Positions 12,956 through 26,309 of a stretch of 64,000 nt of DNA are shown piece after piece (position 1 is the stretch's first letter; every line of letters begins with the position of its first letter). Origin of the DNA: Callorhinchus milii (lineage: Eukaryota); the NCBI RefSeq assembly GCF_018977255.1, contig NW_024704742.1:62436001-62500000 (forward strand), written 5' to 3'. A model generated the notes under the pieces. The model worked only from the letters and a program-made list of their open reading frames with translations, was not told where the DNA came from and ran no database searches. A program made the translations under genes and the position numbers.

Positions 12956-13180
12956 AAAGAAGGATTTGGGAAGAGAGTTACAGAGGAGAGGCAAAACAAC
13001 TGGTCCTGGCTGCTGATGTTAAGGTGTAGAGGGCGGAACATGTGAAGCAAACTGAAGTTGGTGGAGAGAGCGTTCGAAAAAGTAGGCTTGCAGAAGGTGC
13101 ACAGCCGTGAAAGCATTTGAAAATGAGGATGAGAAACTTGAAGCTGATGGGGGATGGAGAACCAGGTGAGGATAGGGGTC

Positions 13181-13510
13181 ATAATAATAATAATAATAAT
13201 AATAATCCTTGCATTTGATATAGCGCTTTTCACGTCGGGAGGACGTCCCAAAGCGCTTCACAGAATATACTGTAAAGTGAGTTGACTGTATATTTGTGGG
13301 CGAACGTGGCAGCCAAATGCGCACAGCAATGTCCCACAAACAGTCGTAGATTGAGAATGACCAATTTAATTATTGTTTTTGTTTTTGGAGGGATTATTAT
13401 TAAGCGTGTGGAGTAAGGAAACTTGCCCAATGTTTCGCCCTGCCTGGAATTGAACTCAGGTTTCTCGCTTGCAAAGCGAGTGCTCTAACCACTGAGCTAC
13501 AGGACTCCAC
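13181..13510 (-). mobile_element. SINE-A young copy, nested in an old L2 fragment (~12960-13600, -)
   Basis: Near-identical to 28496, 43960 and 60047 copies; A box TAGCTCAGTGG, B box GAGTTCAATTCC; (TTA)n tail. Confidence 0.95.
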
Positions 13511-13729
13511 ATACCTGGTGTGAAAGATAATACAGGCTGCAGAGTTCTGTATGGTCAGGATTTTGTGGAGGTTGGGAGTCCGGCAAGCAGAGCATTGGAA
13601 AAAAAACCTTTTGGGGAAAATCCAAGAAATTAAAAATGAATGAACTGTAAGGGAGCATTTCTTGTAATATTACAAGATTTGGTTACGACACTTAGCTATG
13701 TGGGTAGGTGAATATGCAAGGAGGATCAA

Positions 13730-14100
13730 TAGCATTCACGAAGATGTGGACCAATTAAACAGATGGTGCATTGAGTGACCAATAGATTTTATTATAGAAA
13801 AATGTAAGGTAATGCATATTGGAACTGGTAACAGTAAACATCTGTGCCAAATCAAAGGATGTTCATTAACTGAGGTGGAGAGGGAAATAGTTTGGAGTGC
13901 AATTATTGAGCATTGAAGTTTTCCAGTCAATATGCAGCTGCTAACAAATCTAATTAAATTCTAGGTTGTATTTGACTACAAGTCAAAATAAATTATTCTT
14001 GTATAGAATACTGGTGAGACCACATTTAGAATATAATTGACGTTTTGGGCATCTCACTTTCAGTATATACTGAGGTGTGTGAAGTAGCACGAAACATAGC
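13730..14100 (+). mobile_element. CR1 ORF2 fragment (post-RT)
   Basis: D.DQL.RW......F..EKCKVMHIG..N and LYRILVRPHLEY....W motifs. Confidence 0.75.
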
Positions 14101-14689
14101 AAACTGGATGCTGGGCTGTAGTGTATCAATAGTAATAATAATCTTTGCATTTGATATAGTGCCTTATTATGTCTTTGAGACATCTCAAAGAGTTTCACAG
14201 AATATACTGTAAAGTGAATTGACTGTAAATTTTGTGAGCAAAACTGATTACTAGATTAGCTGAGCAAGAGATCACCAAACATTATGCTCAAGCTGTATTG
14301 CATTTGCTTACAAATTACATAGTAATGACACTTTACTGTATATTCTATGAAGTAGTTTGAGTAGAATGTCCAACTGGGTCTAGATTTACTCTTCTTAATT
14401 TTCTTAGCATTTCAGAGCGTCTAGAATTTGGTGCATTATTAAATACAGCCTTCATTTTGAAGTTGGGTTTTCTTTAAGTCATCTTTGTAGTTCATGCCTG
14501 CTTGTTGCTTTTTTTAAGATCTTGCAATGCAAATGCATGGAATACAGATCATCAGAAATGTGTTTAAATCATAGAATACAAGCCTTCTGGAATGTATATA
14601 TCCTTGGTTCTTTATCTGAAGATCTGAAAAAATTACTAATTTAGCCTAGTTTTCTTTTAGAATTGAACAATAAATCACTTATTATTCTT

Positions 14690-15042
14690 CCTCTCACTGA
14701 GTTTCTGGATTGTCTCCCTTCATGCCCTATCTCTCCAATTTGTTTACTCCCCACTCCACCACACGTTGCCTCTGCTCGGCTGGCTCTGACCTTCTGCTTG
14801 TCCCTCATCCCCTCCACTTCATTATTGGCGACCGCTTTTCAGCCACTTCACCCCAAAATTTTGGAACTCTCTACCTCAATCCCTCCACCTTGGCCCCTCC
14901 TTCCCCATTTTCAGATCATGCCTAAAGACCTTCCTCTTCGATTGTGCTTACGGTCATTTCCCCCTGGCTTGGTGTCAGGCTCCCCCACTGTTAAGTGCTC
15001 TGCGTGAAGGTTCCTCTATAAATGCAAGTTATTGTTGTTGTT
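14690..15042 (+). mobile_element. L2 3' end
   Basis: ttggcgaccgcttttcagcc...tggaactctct...tataaatgcaagttattgttgttg. Confidence 0.7.
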
Positions 15043-15182
15043 TTTGAATCTGGTTCTCAATATCATTGGTAATAAAGGTGTGCAATTCCAGGATTGTCAA
15101 TGAAGAAGTGAGAGGAAGTGGCAGAAGTTTTATCACCCAGATCAATGCTTTGCCACAAGAGCCTGTTGGAGCTAAGACAAGG

Positions 15183-15590
15183 GTGTCAGGCTTAGTCAGT
15201 TAGCAGCCCCCTGACTCCTCAATCAGAAGTTTGTTGGTTTAAGCACGACATAAGAACTCTGAACTTGTTCAGGTGGATGTTTAACATCCCGTGTCACTAT
15301 TACAAAAGGTGATGGGAGATTCTCCCGGTGTCCATGGCTGTACCTTGCCTATGGTCATCTCCCACTTCTCTCATGCTTGGTGACCAACACTCTAGAGCAC
15401 TCCAACACATTAACCTGTGTGAAGGCCCTATATAAATGCAAGTTGTTGTTATGGGTTGTTTGACATTGTTTGTGCAAATGGTTGGCCGCATTTGCCTACA
15501 ATATGCGGTCATTACGTATTACGGTAAATTCTGTGAATTGCTTTGAGATGTCCTCCTGATTTGAAACGCGCTGTATCAAATGCAAGGACA
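15183..15590 (+). mobile_element. SINE-B with a nested L2 tail (~15360-15450)
   Basis: Head, body and Deu-like 3' part interrupted by tataaatgcaagttgttgtt. Confidence 0.6.
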
Positions 15591-16519
15591 ATCACTTAAC
15601 TATATTTATGGGGGAATTAGATAGAATAAATATTTGATGCAGAACAATATAAGAGGACCAGGGAAAAGAGCAGGGTATTGGTATAGGAGAGTTCAGTTTC
15701 CATGGAAGAATCATGATTCAAATATTTGTTTCCTACAGCAGTCCGTGTTCCATAATGCATGCAAAACCCACACTTTGGAAATGTTGACTTCTGGAATGGC
15801 ACTCATATTTTGCTGATAGACAGGGAAAGACTATTTGGAAAAACAAGTGAATGTAAGAAGAAAAAAATAAAACCAAAACTTGTTTGTGCTATACTCGACA
15901 GTTTTCCAATGTATCGAACAGTCTCACAGCTGTGGGTACACATTGGCTTCCTCAGCAATCCAAGTACAGAAACACCAAGCTGTCAAAAATAATTATTTGT
16001 TCTTTGTTGCGAACAAGCTCGTTGGAAGGAAGGGAAGTAAGAGAATGAGAAAAATGATTAAAGACCAAGTCGCTGCTCATATGGCAGAGCAATCCAAAGA
16101 GGGTTATTTCTTTTCTTTTCTGTCTGCTCTCAGAATGTGATGAGGACCAGTGTGATTTATTATCACGTTTAATATGTCCACAGTAGGATACCAGCGCAGG
16201 TCCTCGGTTGCATTCAGTTTCTCAGTCCTTTAGGGCCTAACGAAGCATCCACTCAGCACTTCTACAAAGAGTGATGGAGACTCATTGCTTACACCCTCGC
16301 TTGTGCAAGCCTGCTTTTTACTGTCCTCTCTCAATCAACATCAATCATGACCTTACAAAGACCACAATAGGATGGAGACCAGTGTCCAGCCCCTGGAAAG
16401 GTATCTTTGTTTATGTAGCTTGAATCAGAAATTGAAAAGCTTTGAGTTTCTGAAATTGACAATAAAGATGATATGACTGGCTTATTTTTTAAATTAACAT
16501 GAACAACAGCTTTTATTTA

Positions 16520-16885
16520 TCCTGTAGCTTAGTGGTTAGAGCACTCGCCTGCAAGCGAGAGGACCTGGGTTCTATTCCCGGCAGGGCGAAATGTTGGGCA
16601 AGTTTCCTTACTCCACCTCTGTTTACCTAGTAGTAAATATAAACCTTATTGTTAGTCGATTGATGGATCGCTTTTCCGGGGATAATAATCTCTTCAAAAA
16701 GTAATAATAATTTTGTCACTCAATACATGGTTGTTTATGGGACACTGCTGTGTCAATTGGCTGCCACGTTTCACCCACAAAATACACAGTCAATTCACTT
16801 TACAGTATATTCTATGAAGGCTTCGAGATGACTTGAAGATGTGATAAGGCACTATATCAAGTGCAAGTATTATTATTGTTATTAT
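16520..16885 (+). mobile_element. SINE-A long form
   Basis: cctgtagcttagtggttagagcactcgcc...ttgggcaagtttccttactccacctctgtttacctagtagtaa...; (TTA) tail. Confidence 0.88.
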
Positions 16886-17139
16886 CATTCTTATTTATAT
16901 CTGCACATATTCACATACAAAAATGAACAGTCACGACACTTTACAGTAACTTCTGTGAAGCACTTTAAGCTGTCCTCTCATGTGAAAGGTGCTATATCAC
17001 TATTATTGTTGTATTATAATTGTTGTAGGATTATTATTATACTACCTCAAGTTTCATGGAGGCTGGTATGGTTCTTTAATAATGTTAGCATTAGCAATGT
17101 TAACATATATAATGTCTCATGCAAAGGGCAGCACATAAC

Positions 17140-17530
17140 GCGGAGTTATGTAGTGTATTGGCTGGAGCATTCGCAAGAGAGAGAGGACCTGGGTTTGATT
17201 CCCGGGTGGAATGAAACGTTAGGCAAGTTTCCTTACCCCACATGCCTCTGTTACATAGCACTAAGTAGGAATCCAGTTGTTAATAGATTCACGGATCATT
17301 TTTCCGGGAGTATTAATCCCTCCAATAAATAAATAAATAAATAAATAATAATAATTTGGTCGCTCAATCCACAACTGTTTGTGGGATACTGTTGTGCGCA
17401 ATTAGCTGTCATGGAATCGCCTACAAAATATACAGTTAATTCACTTTACAGTATATTTTGAGAAGCTCTTTGAGACTTCTTGAAGATGTGATAAGGCGTT
17501 ATATCAAATAGAAGGATTATTATATATTAT
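17140..17530 (+). mobile_element. SINE-A long form
   Basis: Same architecture as 16520-16885, with an internal (TAAA)n. Confidence 0.85.
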
Positions 17531-18273
17531 AAATGTTAACTTAGGAAAATAAATATCTTTTGCAGGTGGTTTGAAAAGAAAAAAATTTAACAATTAGAAA
17601 ATTGCAAAGAAAGTTCAGTACTAAAAGTATTATTTAAAGGAAAAAAAGGCAGAAAACAGATTTTTTTTTGCTGATAAACAAAGGTCACCCAGAGCCTTGA
17701 CATGTTAGGGTGCCAGCCTGAAAAGTTGTAAATAAATCACACAACCCCCTGAGTCAGAACGAGCTGAGCTGAGGTGAGCTGACATGTTAGAAAGTTTTGT
17801 GCTTGATGGGATTCCTTATTGCCTTAGCTTTGGGTTATCATTCTAACAATGTATGAGGTCCTCTAGGCAAATACATCCTCTATATAGTCATCTGTTCTCC
17901 AGGACTCATGAATCACAAACTTCAACAAGACATAACTGAGACGAGTGAAACATGCTCCAAATCTTTTATGTACTGTATGTGGTTCCCAGGCTTAATTCCC
18001 CATTCAAATACAAAACCTAAATACTGGGGAGAAAAATATAGTACCTCACATCATATTCAGTTGGATAAAATGTTGAAGTTTCAGTTGTTAATTATTTTCT
18101 GTTTTTGATCTGAATACCACACGGTGTTTAATACAATGCTTTGCTTTTTCAATTTCTTTTGCTGTTATCTTGAAATGGAGCTGAGCTATAGTGGAACCCA
18201 GGTCAGAATGATGCTTTCCAGAATTTACAGTGTAGCCCTGTTATTATGCTCTTCACTATAGCTTGATTTTGAA

Positions 18274-18520
18274 GCTTGTCCAGCTAGGACCACCCTATCT
18301 GTTAGGGTTTTGGTTTGCAGGGTTAACAGGGGCTGAGTGTGATGACTCCCTGCCCCAAGTGACTGCCCCCGGGTCCTGCCGATGAGCCAGGCTGGCTGAG
18401 CTGTCATCAGCAGTGACCAGGAATACTGCGGACCTGTTTGGCTCAAGAACCGGACTGCCAAGACCCCCACAGATGGCTTAATTACGACATCCCATTGCTA
18501 GGCATGTCACTTTGGAGCCA
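18274..18520 (-). repeat. Family C dispersed repeat, 5' portion
   Basis: Reverse complement aligns with 46559-46812. Confidence 0.75.
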
Positions 18521-19259
18521 GTTCAGCTCCAAGGAGATGCTGCTTGCCTTTTCCCAAGGAGGATAGGTAAAGTGGATTGACTGTGTATTTTGTGGGCGAA
18601 ATGCAGCAGCCATTTGCGCATAGCAGTGTCCCACAAACAGTCCTACAATTGAATTATTCCAAACAGGGTTACATCTGAATGTGCTTTGGTAGCTTTGATG
18701 GTTAAAGTGCTGAGCCTGAGTATTAATTTCTAAGAACTATCTTAGCACAGTGCTGCGATCAGTCAGTAACACGAGTGACACATTACTATTCTGACCAACA
18801 GAGGTAGTATGAAGGATGAGATCACCCTTAGATTGCCTCGCCTGTCCAAAATTCCCTGTCACAGTGCATGAGCAAGTACATTATCATTATTCAATCACCC
18901 ACCACTAAAACATTGAAGAAAATAGCCCTGTTTTTTTGAGTTTGAAAATGGCACTGATTTCACCTCAGACTGAAGCAAAAGCAATTGTCTAACGAGGGTG
19001 TCCTCAATCATATGGAGGTGAATTCAGTCAAGTGCGAGAGAATGATTGGGAACAAAGATCAAATAGAAACACAGACACGTTTCAGCACAGAAGGAGGCCG
19101 ATCAGCCCATCGAGTCTGTGTTACTGTTACTTTTATTACTAGATATAAAAATTGTGAAAAACCAACAGAATCTGATTTCTTTCTGCTTTTGAATTACAGT
19201 GAGAAAGAAAGAAGTTTCATTTTTACAATGGATCAATTGTTAAAATGTCTCACTTGCCA

Positions 19260-19500
19260 ATTTACACACAACAGTGTCCCACAATAGTCATGAAGTGAAT
19301 GACAAATTTTATTTGAGGTACTGAGATACTCCCTTCTCTTTTCGAATAGTGCCATGGCATATTTAGCATCTACCTGAACAGTCAAGACCTTGGTTTAATG
19401 CCTCATCCGCAGAACAGCACCTCCAACAATATAGGACACCCCCAAAATTGTGCTGGAGTGTCAGTCTAGACTATGTGAGTCCAAACCCAATATGGGTACT
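19260..19500 (-). mobile_element. SINE-B fragment
   Basis: atagtgccatgg...cctgaacag...ttggtttaa...ctcatccg...cacctccaac. Confidence 0.7.
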
Positions 19501-19971
19501 TATAATAAATAATAATTCTTACATTTAGTATAGCACCTTTCACATCAGGAGGACATCCCAAAGCACTTTGCAGAATATTTATTCCACAAGAGCACAATCA
19601 TACTGAACGATTTGCCTGAAGATATGCATAATTTGCATTGGATAGAAGAAAAAATTGCGGGACTGAAATCTCACAATTATCATGGGTGGATATACTGTAA
19701 AGGCTTAAAGGCTATGCTGTAAAGAGCAGTTACTCTGTGTTTTGGGATGAATCTAAAACTGGCATTGAATGTTTTGCTATTTTATTAGACAATGCTGGTC
19801 TTTCAATCCCATTACCTCCCTGTTTCTCCCAAATCCCTTACTTCCCAAATATCTTCAATCAGATCACTCCTTAACCTCTTCTGGTAGAGAATACTGTAAA
19901 GTGAATTGACTGGATCTTGTGGGCACCACGTGATAGCGAAATGCACACAGCAATGTCCCACAAACAGTCAA

Positions 19972-21969
19972 CAACAAAAACAACAACTTGGATTTATATA
20001 GCGCCCTCCACGCTGGACGGCGTCTCAGAGCGCTTTACAGTAACGGATCCCGGGACTGAGCCGGGGGAGGGGGAAGAAGGTGACCTAAAGCGCTGTCGAA
20101 AAGAAAGGTCTTCAGCAGAGACCTGAAAATGGGAAGGGAGGGAGCGAGACGAAGGGAGTGAGGAAAGCAGTTCCAAAGCCTCGGGGCATAGTGGATGAAG
20201 GCACGGCTGCCGTGGGTGGAGCGGAGGACTTGGGGTATGAGGAGGAGGCCAGACCCGGAGGAACGGAGGTAACGGGTACCGTTTTGAGGGCAGAGGAGGT
20301 CAGAGAGGTAGGGGGTTCCAGAGGAGTGCAGGGACTTGAATACAAGGGTGAGGATCTTGAAATCGATCCTCTCTGGGATAGGCAGCCAGTGCAGTCTGGC
20401 TGCACTGGCTGCCTATCCCAGAGAGGATCGATTTCAAGACGTTGATGAGAGCCAAAGAGTATGGCTTCTGTCTTGTCAACATTCAGCTGAAGGAAGTTTG
20501 CGCTCATCGAGCCCCTGAGATCTGACAGGCAGGCTGACAGAACATCAGGGGACTGGGGGTCGCAAAGAGAAGTGGAAGAATAGAGTTGGGTGTCATCTGC
20601 AAACATGTGGAAATGTACCCCATGTTTGCGGATGACATCGCCAAGAGGGAGCATCTAGATCAGAAAGAGGAGGGGACCAACAATGGATCCTTGGAGTACC
20701 CCGCAGGTAATCGGGTGAGAGCGGGAGGAGAAGCCATTTGTGCAGATTCACTGCTGGCGGTTTGTGAGGTAGGACTCGAACCAGACGAGTGCAATCCCAC
20801 TGAGGTGGATGATGGAGGAAAGATAGTGGAGGAGGATGGCGTGATCGACTGTGTCGAATGCGGCAGAGAGGTCCAGGAGGACAACGAGGCAGAGGGAGCT
20901 CTGGTCACCGATAGAGAAGATGTTTTTTGTGACTTTCACAAGCGCAGTCTCTGTACTGTGGGCGGAAACCGGACTGGAGGGGTTCGAAGAGGGAGTGGGA
21001 GGAGAGGTGTGCGCGGAGTTGATTGGCAACAATGCGTTCTAGAACTTTTGAGAGGAAGGGCAGGTTAGAAATGGGGCGGTAGTGGGTGGGGTTTGAGGGA
21101 TCTAAGGAAGGTTTTTTCAGGAGGGGGGGTGATGACAGCAGTTTTGAGGGAGGCAGGGACTGATCCAGAGGAGAGGGACTGGTTGATGCTGTCAGCCAGT
21201 AGTGGGCAGAGGAGGGGGAGCTGGGTGACCAGTAAGTTGGTGTGGAAGGTGTCGAGGTAGCAGGTGGTGGGTTTCATGGAGGTGATGGTGGGTGAGAGGA
21301 AGGAGAGATGGGGAGGAATGAATGTAGAATGGGGGTGATGGTAGGAGCAGATGATGAGGAAGGTGAGGGAGACAGATAGGGCGAGGTGGTGGGTGACAAG
21401 GGACAGGTGGTGAGGCTGCCTGGCGAATGTTAAGTAGTTTAGTTGAAAAGAAGTCCATGACCTCCTCGCACTTGGCATTTGATACGAAGATTGAGGAGGC
21501 CTGAGCGGGGGCACGGAGGAGGTAGTGGGTTGTGGAAAAAAGGATTTTAGGGTTGTGTTTAGCCTCCAAGATGATGTTGGAGTAGAAGCTGTTTTTGCGT
21601 GTGTCAAGGAACGGTAGTAGCTGTGGAGATGCTCGAGCCACAGTTGGCGGTGGACTGTCAGGCCAGTTTTCCGCCATTTGCACTCGAGCAGATGGGTTTG
21701 GGTTTTTTGGTGGCGGAGATGGTTGTTGTACCAGGGGGATCAGGTGGGTTTGGAGATGGTCCTGGATTTTAAGGTGGAGGAGAGGCGATCATGGAGCAGC
21801 TGGACCGCTGCTTCAGGATCTCCGTGGGTGGAAGGCCATAGGGATAGGATATTTGATGATGAGAGGGCCTTTGTGAGGGCCTCAGGGGGTAGCCTTTTCC
21901 AAGGGCGGTAGAGGATGGTTGAGGGCTTGGTGGAGGAGAGAGGGATGTGAGAGGAGAAGGAAATGAAAA
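19972..21969 (-). mobile_element. L2 LINE, ~2 kb, 5'-truncated and frameshifted, inserted in a SINE-A fragment
   Basis: RT motifs [25 protein letters not shown] and MLPLG...FHMFADDTQLY; candidate TSD AGTCAA at 19966-19971 and 21970-21975; host SINE resumes on both sides. Confidence 0.93.
20355..20439. repeat. Perfect 40-bp inverted repeat with 5-nt spacer
   Basis: tcttgaaatcgatcctctctgggataggcagccagtgcag-tctgg-ctgcactggctgcctatcccagagaggatcgatttcaaga. Confidence 0.97.
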
Positions 21970-24920
21970 AGTCAAGGATTGAGTGACCAAATTTTTTTTA
22001 TAAGGGATTATTATCCCCAGAAAAGCGATCTGCCGATCGAACCACAACTAAATTAGACGCCTGTCTATATTATTCTCAATGTTAAGTATCAAAATATTTG
22101 TACACGAATTTGTAATTTCAGAAAAGTTATGAAATCTAGCAAGGAACAAGAGCAGGAGGTTTTGACCACCTCTGGGAACTTTGTTCAGCAAATCGCGTTA
22201 CACATATGCTTGGGCACTTTGACGTCTTTCTGCGCATATCATGATGGCCTCAAAATGTCTGAACACACATGGAATATTGTAGGGTTAACCTGTTGTATCC
22301 TTTCATTATTGAGTGAGATATCCTGCATGTGAATGTAAAGGGTAATATAACTCAGAATTGGGTCTTGGGCAAAGGAACCAGGAAAACTGGTCAGTTTACA
22401 TGACTGCTTCCCTCTGCAAACAGGTATGCCTCTGTATTAGTTAGCTTATCATGTTACTTATAGAAGCAGATGCATTATTGTATGTATGACATAGACATGA
22501 TCTTATTGAACTTCAAAAAATCCTTTGGCAGGTTACTATAGTGACAGGAGAAAATCAGAAGCTCTTTCTTTCAATTGCACATGTTACAGATTAAATGTGG
22601 ACATTCTTCATGAAATGAACTCTTTGTGGTAATTACTTGCCGAAGATCAACATCTGACAAGATAAACATTCAGTAAATATTGTATCATTCAAGCGTGTAC
22701 CAATTCATAAATACGTAAAAGACTATGAAAATCTAAGTAGCCCTAATTGAGAATTATACACATTTATGTTCGTCTGCAAAATACCCAGGCATTACTGTAC
22801 AGTATATTCTGTAAAGCGCTTTGGCACATCCTCCAGATCTGCAAGGAGCTATATGAAATGAAAGGATTATTGTTATTATTGTTTTGTTTCATATTTTATT
22901 TGGCTCTCATTCTTTCCTTGTTGAGCAAATGTGGCATGGTGGACATAAGATCCAAGGGTGATGCATTGTCTTTTTGCAGTAGTAAATCCTCCCTTTAGAT
23001 TACAGATTAACAGAGAGGGTTTCATGGCAAGAATCCAGTTCAATGAAATCATGTTATTCCATATTTTAGATTTAGTGACGTGTGAATATTCATTGCCTCA
23101 TCATTTGACCTAAATAATACTGAGTTTGAACATAATCAACATCTTCGAGGAATGGCTGCACTGTTGGTACAGTAATTAGTTATTATGTAATATAGATTCA
23201 TAATGACTGCAGGCAAATTGGTCTTTTCAATTGGTTGGGGGTATCACATTGACACTTTTAACTGAGTGGATAGCCAAAATGAGAATAGATTTTACTCTGG
23301 CAATAAATGGTACATTATTTAACATAATTAATATTTCTAAAATGATCTTAATATCAGAACTTCAGTGATCGTATGGGAATAGGTTGGAGAAGAACTTTCA
23401 TTGTGTAACAAATCTGACTCTGCATTCTTACTCCTCATTTCCATACCTTTCCTCAAGCTTCTATGAATGATTTTTCACTGTCAACCACCTTCCTCTTCTA
23501 CATTGCTTCTGGAAGGCACTGAAGCCATTTTGGACCTGCTGCTGTTTAGCACTACCACTTGCTAAAAGTGGAAAAGGAAATCAATAACTTTTGATATGAA
23601 CTACCTTCTTAATATCTTTAAACCTTAAAGGGAAAGAGGGGGAAAAAATAACCAGATAAGTTAGAGCAATTAGGTACAATTGCGATAACAATAATTGTGA
23701 GATGTTGGGGTGAATGAAGAGAAGGGAGTTTCACTGAATGTCCTGGCCAGCAATAATCCAAATAAACTAGATTCTCCTCACAGTCACAACTTTTTTCTCT
23801 GTAAGGTACTAAACGCTAGAAAAGAAATCAACAACATTTAATTTCATGGCTGTTCACAGGACCAAACTGTGTACAAATTGGCTGTCGCAATAAGACTTGA
23901 AGTTGTAGGTTTTATGAGATGTAAGGATTATTATTATAATTTAAGTCAATGCTTTCAGGTCTCATCTAGTGTATTATTAGAACTAGATGAACTTGAGAAC
24001 ATTAGTTTAAAGGCTAAGATCCATAATGCAGGTTAAAAAGAATTGGAAAGATCACCTGATAAATCAAGACTGTTAATGGTTTCATGATGTCAAGCTTGGT
24101 TACTAAAAGCCTATTAAATATAGGAGGAATGAAAGGTGACATAAAGAATGCCATAATTTTCATGACACACTTTTCAGGTCCTGGAGATGGTGCAAAGAGT
24201 CTTTATTTAAGCACACCAAAGATGCAAGCAGGAGGAAAAGCATGTAGGATTGTGTATTTATAGCATAAGAGAACATGAGTAGAAAATTCAGAGTAGGAAT
24301 TCCCATAGTAGTATTTGATTACTCCAATTGTACTATACCTGACTGCCTCTCGAAAGGGGTGAAATAATAATCATCTATTATTTGTGTATTTAGCTTTTTT
24401 CTTGTATTCTACGTCAGAGAGATACTAGAATACTCTTCCCTATATATGAGTTGGGATGGAATTAAGCTTCAATTATTCCATTTATGAAAGGAAAGTGGCA
24501 TTGTACTGTGATATCTCTAGCAAAACACATTCATACACGGTTTGAGGTACTGCAAGAATCTCCACATAATTATAAACATAATATATAGGAAAAATATAGA
24601 AGACTGAATCAGCCAAGCATAAGTGTACAATCTAGAGTCACAATGTTAACAAGTCTAAAATGCAATATTCACAAAGTTGGATTCAAGACCTGTCATCTTA
24701 TTTCAAAATGCATCTGGCAGACAAGAAAAAGTTTTCTTAAATTATCAATGCAATCCTAAAATGTGATATTCCCCAAAAAGATGCAAATTGAGATTCTCGG
24801 ATTGTGAAATTTGTATGAAATTTACAAATGTTGAATGGTGAGTCTGAAGCTGGCAATAAAGGTGCAGTGAATACAAAGGCAGTATTCACATAAACAGTCA
24901 ATTTATTCACGGACTTTATT

Positions 24921-25262
24921 TAATAATAATAATAATCCTTACATTTGATTTTGTGTTTTATCAAGTCTTGGAGACGTCTCAAAGCGCTTCACAGGATTGA
25001 CTGTATTTTGTTTGCGAAATGCGACAGCCAATTGCCACATCAGTGTCCCACAAACAGTTATGGATTGAGTGATTTATTATGANTTTTTTTGAGGGATTAT
25101 TACTCCAGGAAAATTGATCGCCCAATCAACTAACACCCAAGTTCCTACTTATTGCTAGTCAAATAGAGACAATGGAGTAAGGAAACATGCTTTAGGTTTC
25201 ACCCCACCAGGGAATCAAACCTGGATCCTCTTGCTTGCATGGTGAGCGCCCTAACCACTGCC
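24921..25262 (-). mobile_element. SINE-A long form (contains an ambiguous base N at 25083)
   Basis: (TAA)n tail, Deu-type part, ggagtaaggaaac, gggaatcaaacctgg head. Confidence 0.82.
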
Positions 25263-25697
25263 CTAGTTGGACATGGGACTCATGATATGCCAGTTTGAGA
25301 ATCTCACAATCTGCTAAAATTTACAAAACAGACGTCACAATTAACCACTTGAATCCGGTTTGTAACTATCAATGTGATTTTAACAATCGTTTTTTTTTGT
25401 CTGCTGGTTGCTCTCTCTGAAATGAGCTGACATTGATCCTGGTGTCTAATCTGAACAGGCGGAGTAAGTCTTTGTTCTGAGCTGTCTGTTTTCATGTTGA
25501 ATAATATCAATGCCACTTAACTGTGGTTGGCAGTGCTGTTGTGGGCAAGGTGCTCTCTGGGAATTTTACAGCAACTTAGCACTGATGAGAACAACGTAAA
25601 AAAAAATCAAAGGATGTCAAGGAAAGCAATGAAGAAGACTTTATGAATTAAATAAAGGAGGAATGACATACAGCACTGTTTTCTCTCTTGCTTTCCA

Positions 25698-26019
25698 TTT
25701 TTTTGAGGTCAGCCGGGTGTCTGACATGCAGAAACCCATCACCATGCTTCAGAATATCCAAACCATACTGAGAGTTCCATGTATACCACCTACACAAGGA
25801 AATCAACGTGTTTGAAATGGAATGCGCACCCTCTCCCCAGAGGAATGCATCCTGCTTACCACGTGGAGAGTATTAAGATAAGTTTGGCAAGAGCCAAGGC
25901 TTGGGGACCTCACAATGTGTGTTGGGGGTAACTGCTGGACTTTAACTAGCTGAAACCATATAGTTTGCCATTGAAAGCACTGACTGGCAATCTTCCTGCT
26001 GCTTATCCAACTTGGACCT
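25698..26019 (-). repeat. Family C copy with oligo-A 3' end
   Basis: T7 followed by gaggtcagccgggtgtctgacatgcagaaacccatcaccatgc; aligns with the 47100 end and the 61339 copy. Confidence 0.8.
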
Positions 26020-26309
26020 GCGTGGGAAGAATTGCTGCCCCACTGTCTGGACTTTTCCTTTTCATAAAAGCTTGTTCACATTAATAAGCTGAGCATCTTT
26101 TGAAATCTTACGGAATCACCATATAGATGTGTGCCTCTGAAACACTATTCTTCTGGGAAGTTGAAGAGTTCATTTGTCTAGCCTACTCCCTTGAATTAGT
26201 GCAAGAAAAGTGCATCGATAACAACAGTGCAAAAAATTTACATTTATGTTGTTCCTTTAACGTCAGAAGGATCTGAAAGTAATTGGTCTGTCCACACCTA
26301 TGATGCCAC

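Noticed and set aside
13181..13206. (TAA)n and (GTT)n microsatellites or CRISPR-like repeats
   Set aside because: These are SINE/LINE terminal repeats; there is no repeat-spacer array and the DNA is eukaryotic
16137..16260. C/D-box snoRNA (GTGATGA); similar motifs at ~53104 and ~60531
   Set aside because: No CTGA D box or terminal stem at a suitable distance
25083..25083. Ambiguous base N
   Set aside because: Assembly uncertainty next to a T homopolymer in a SINE; not biological
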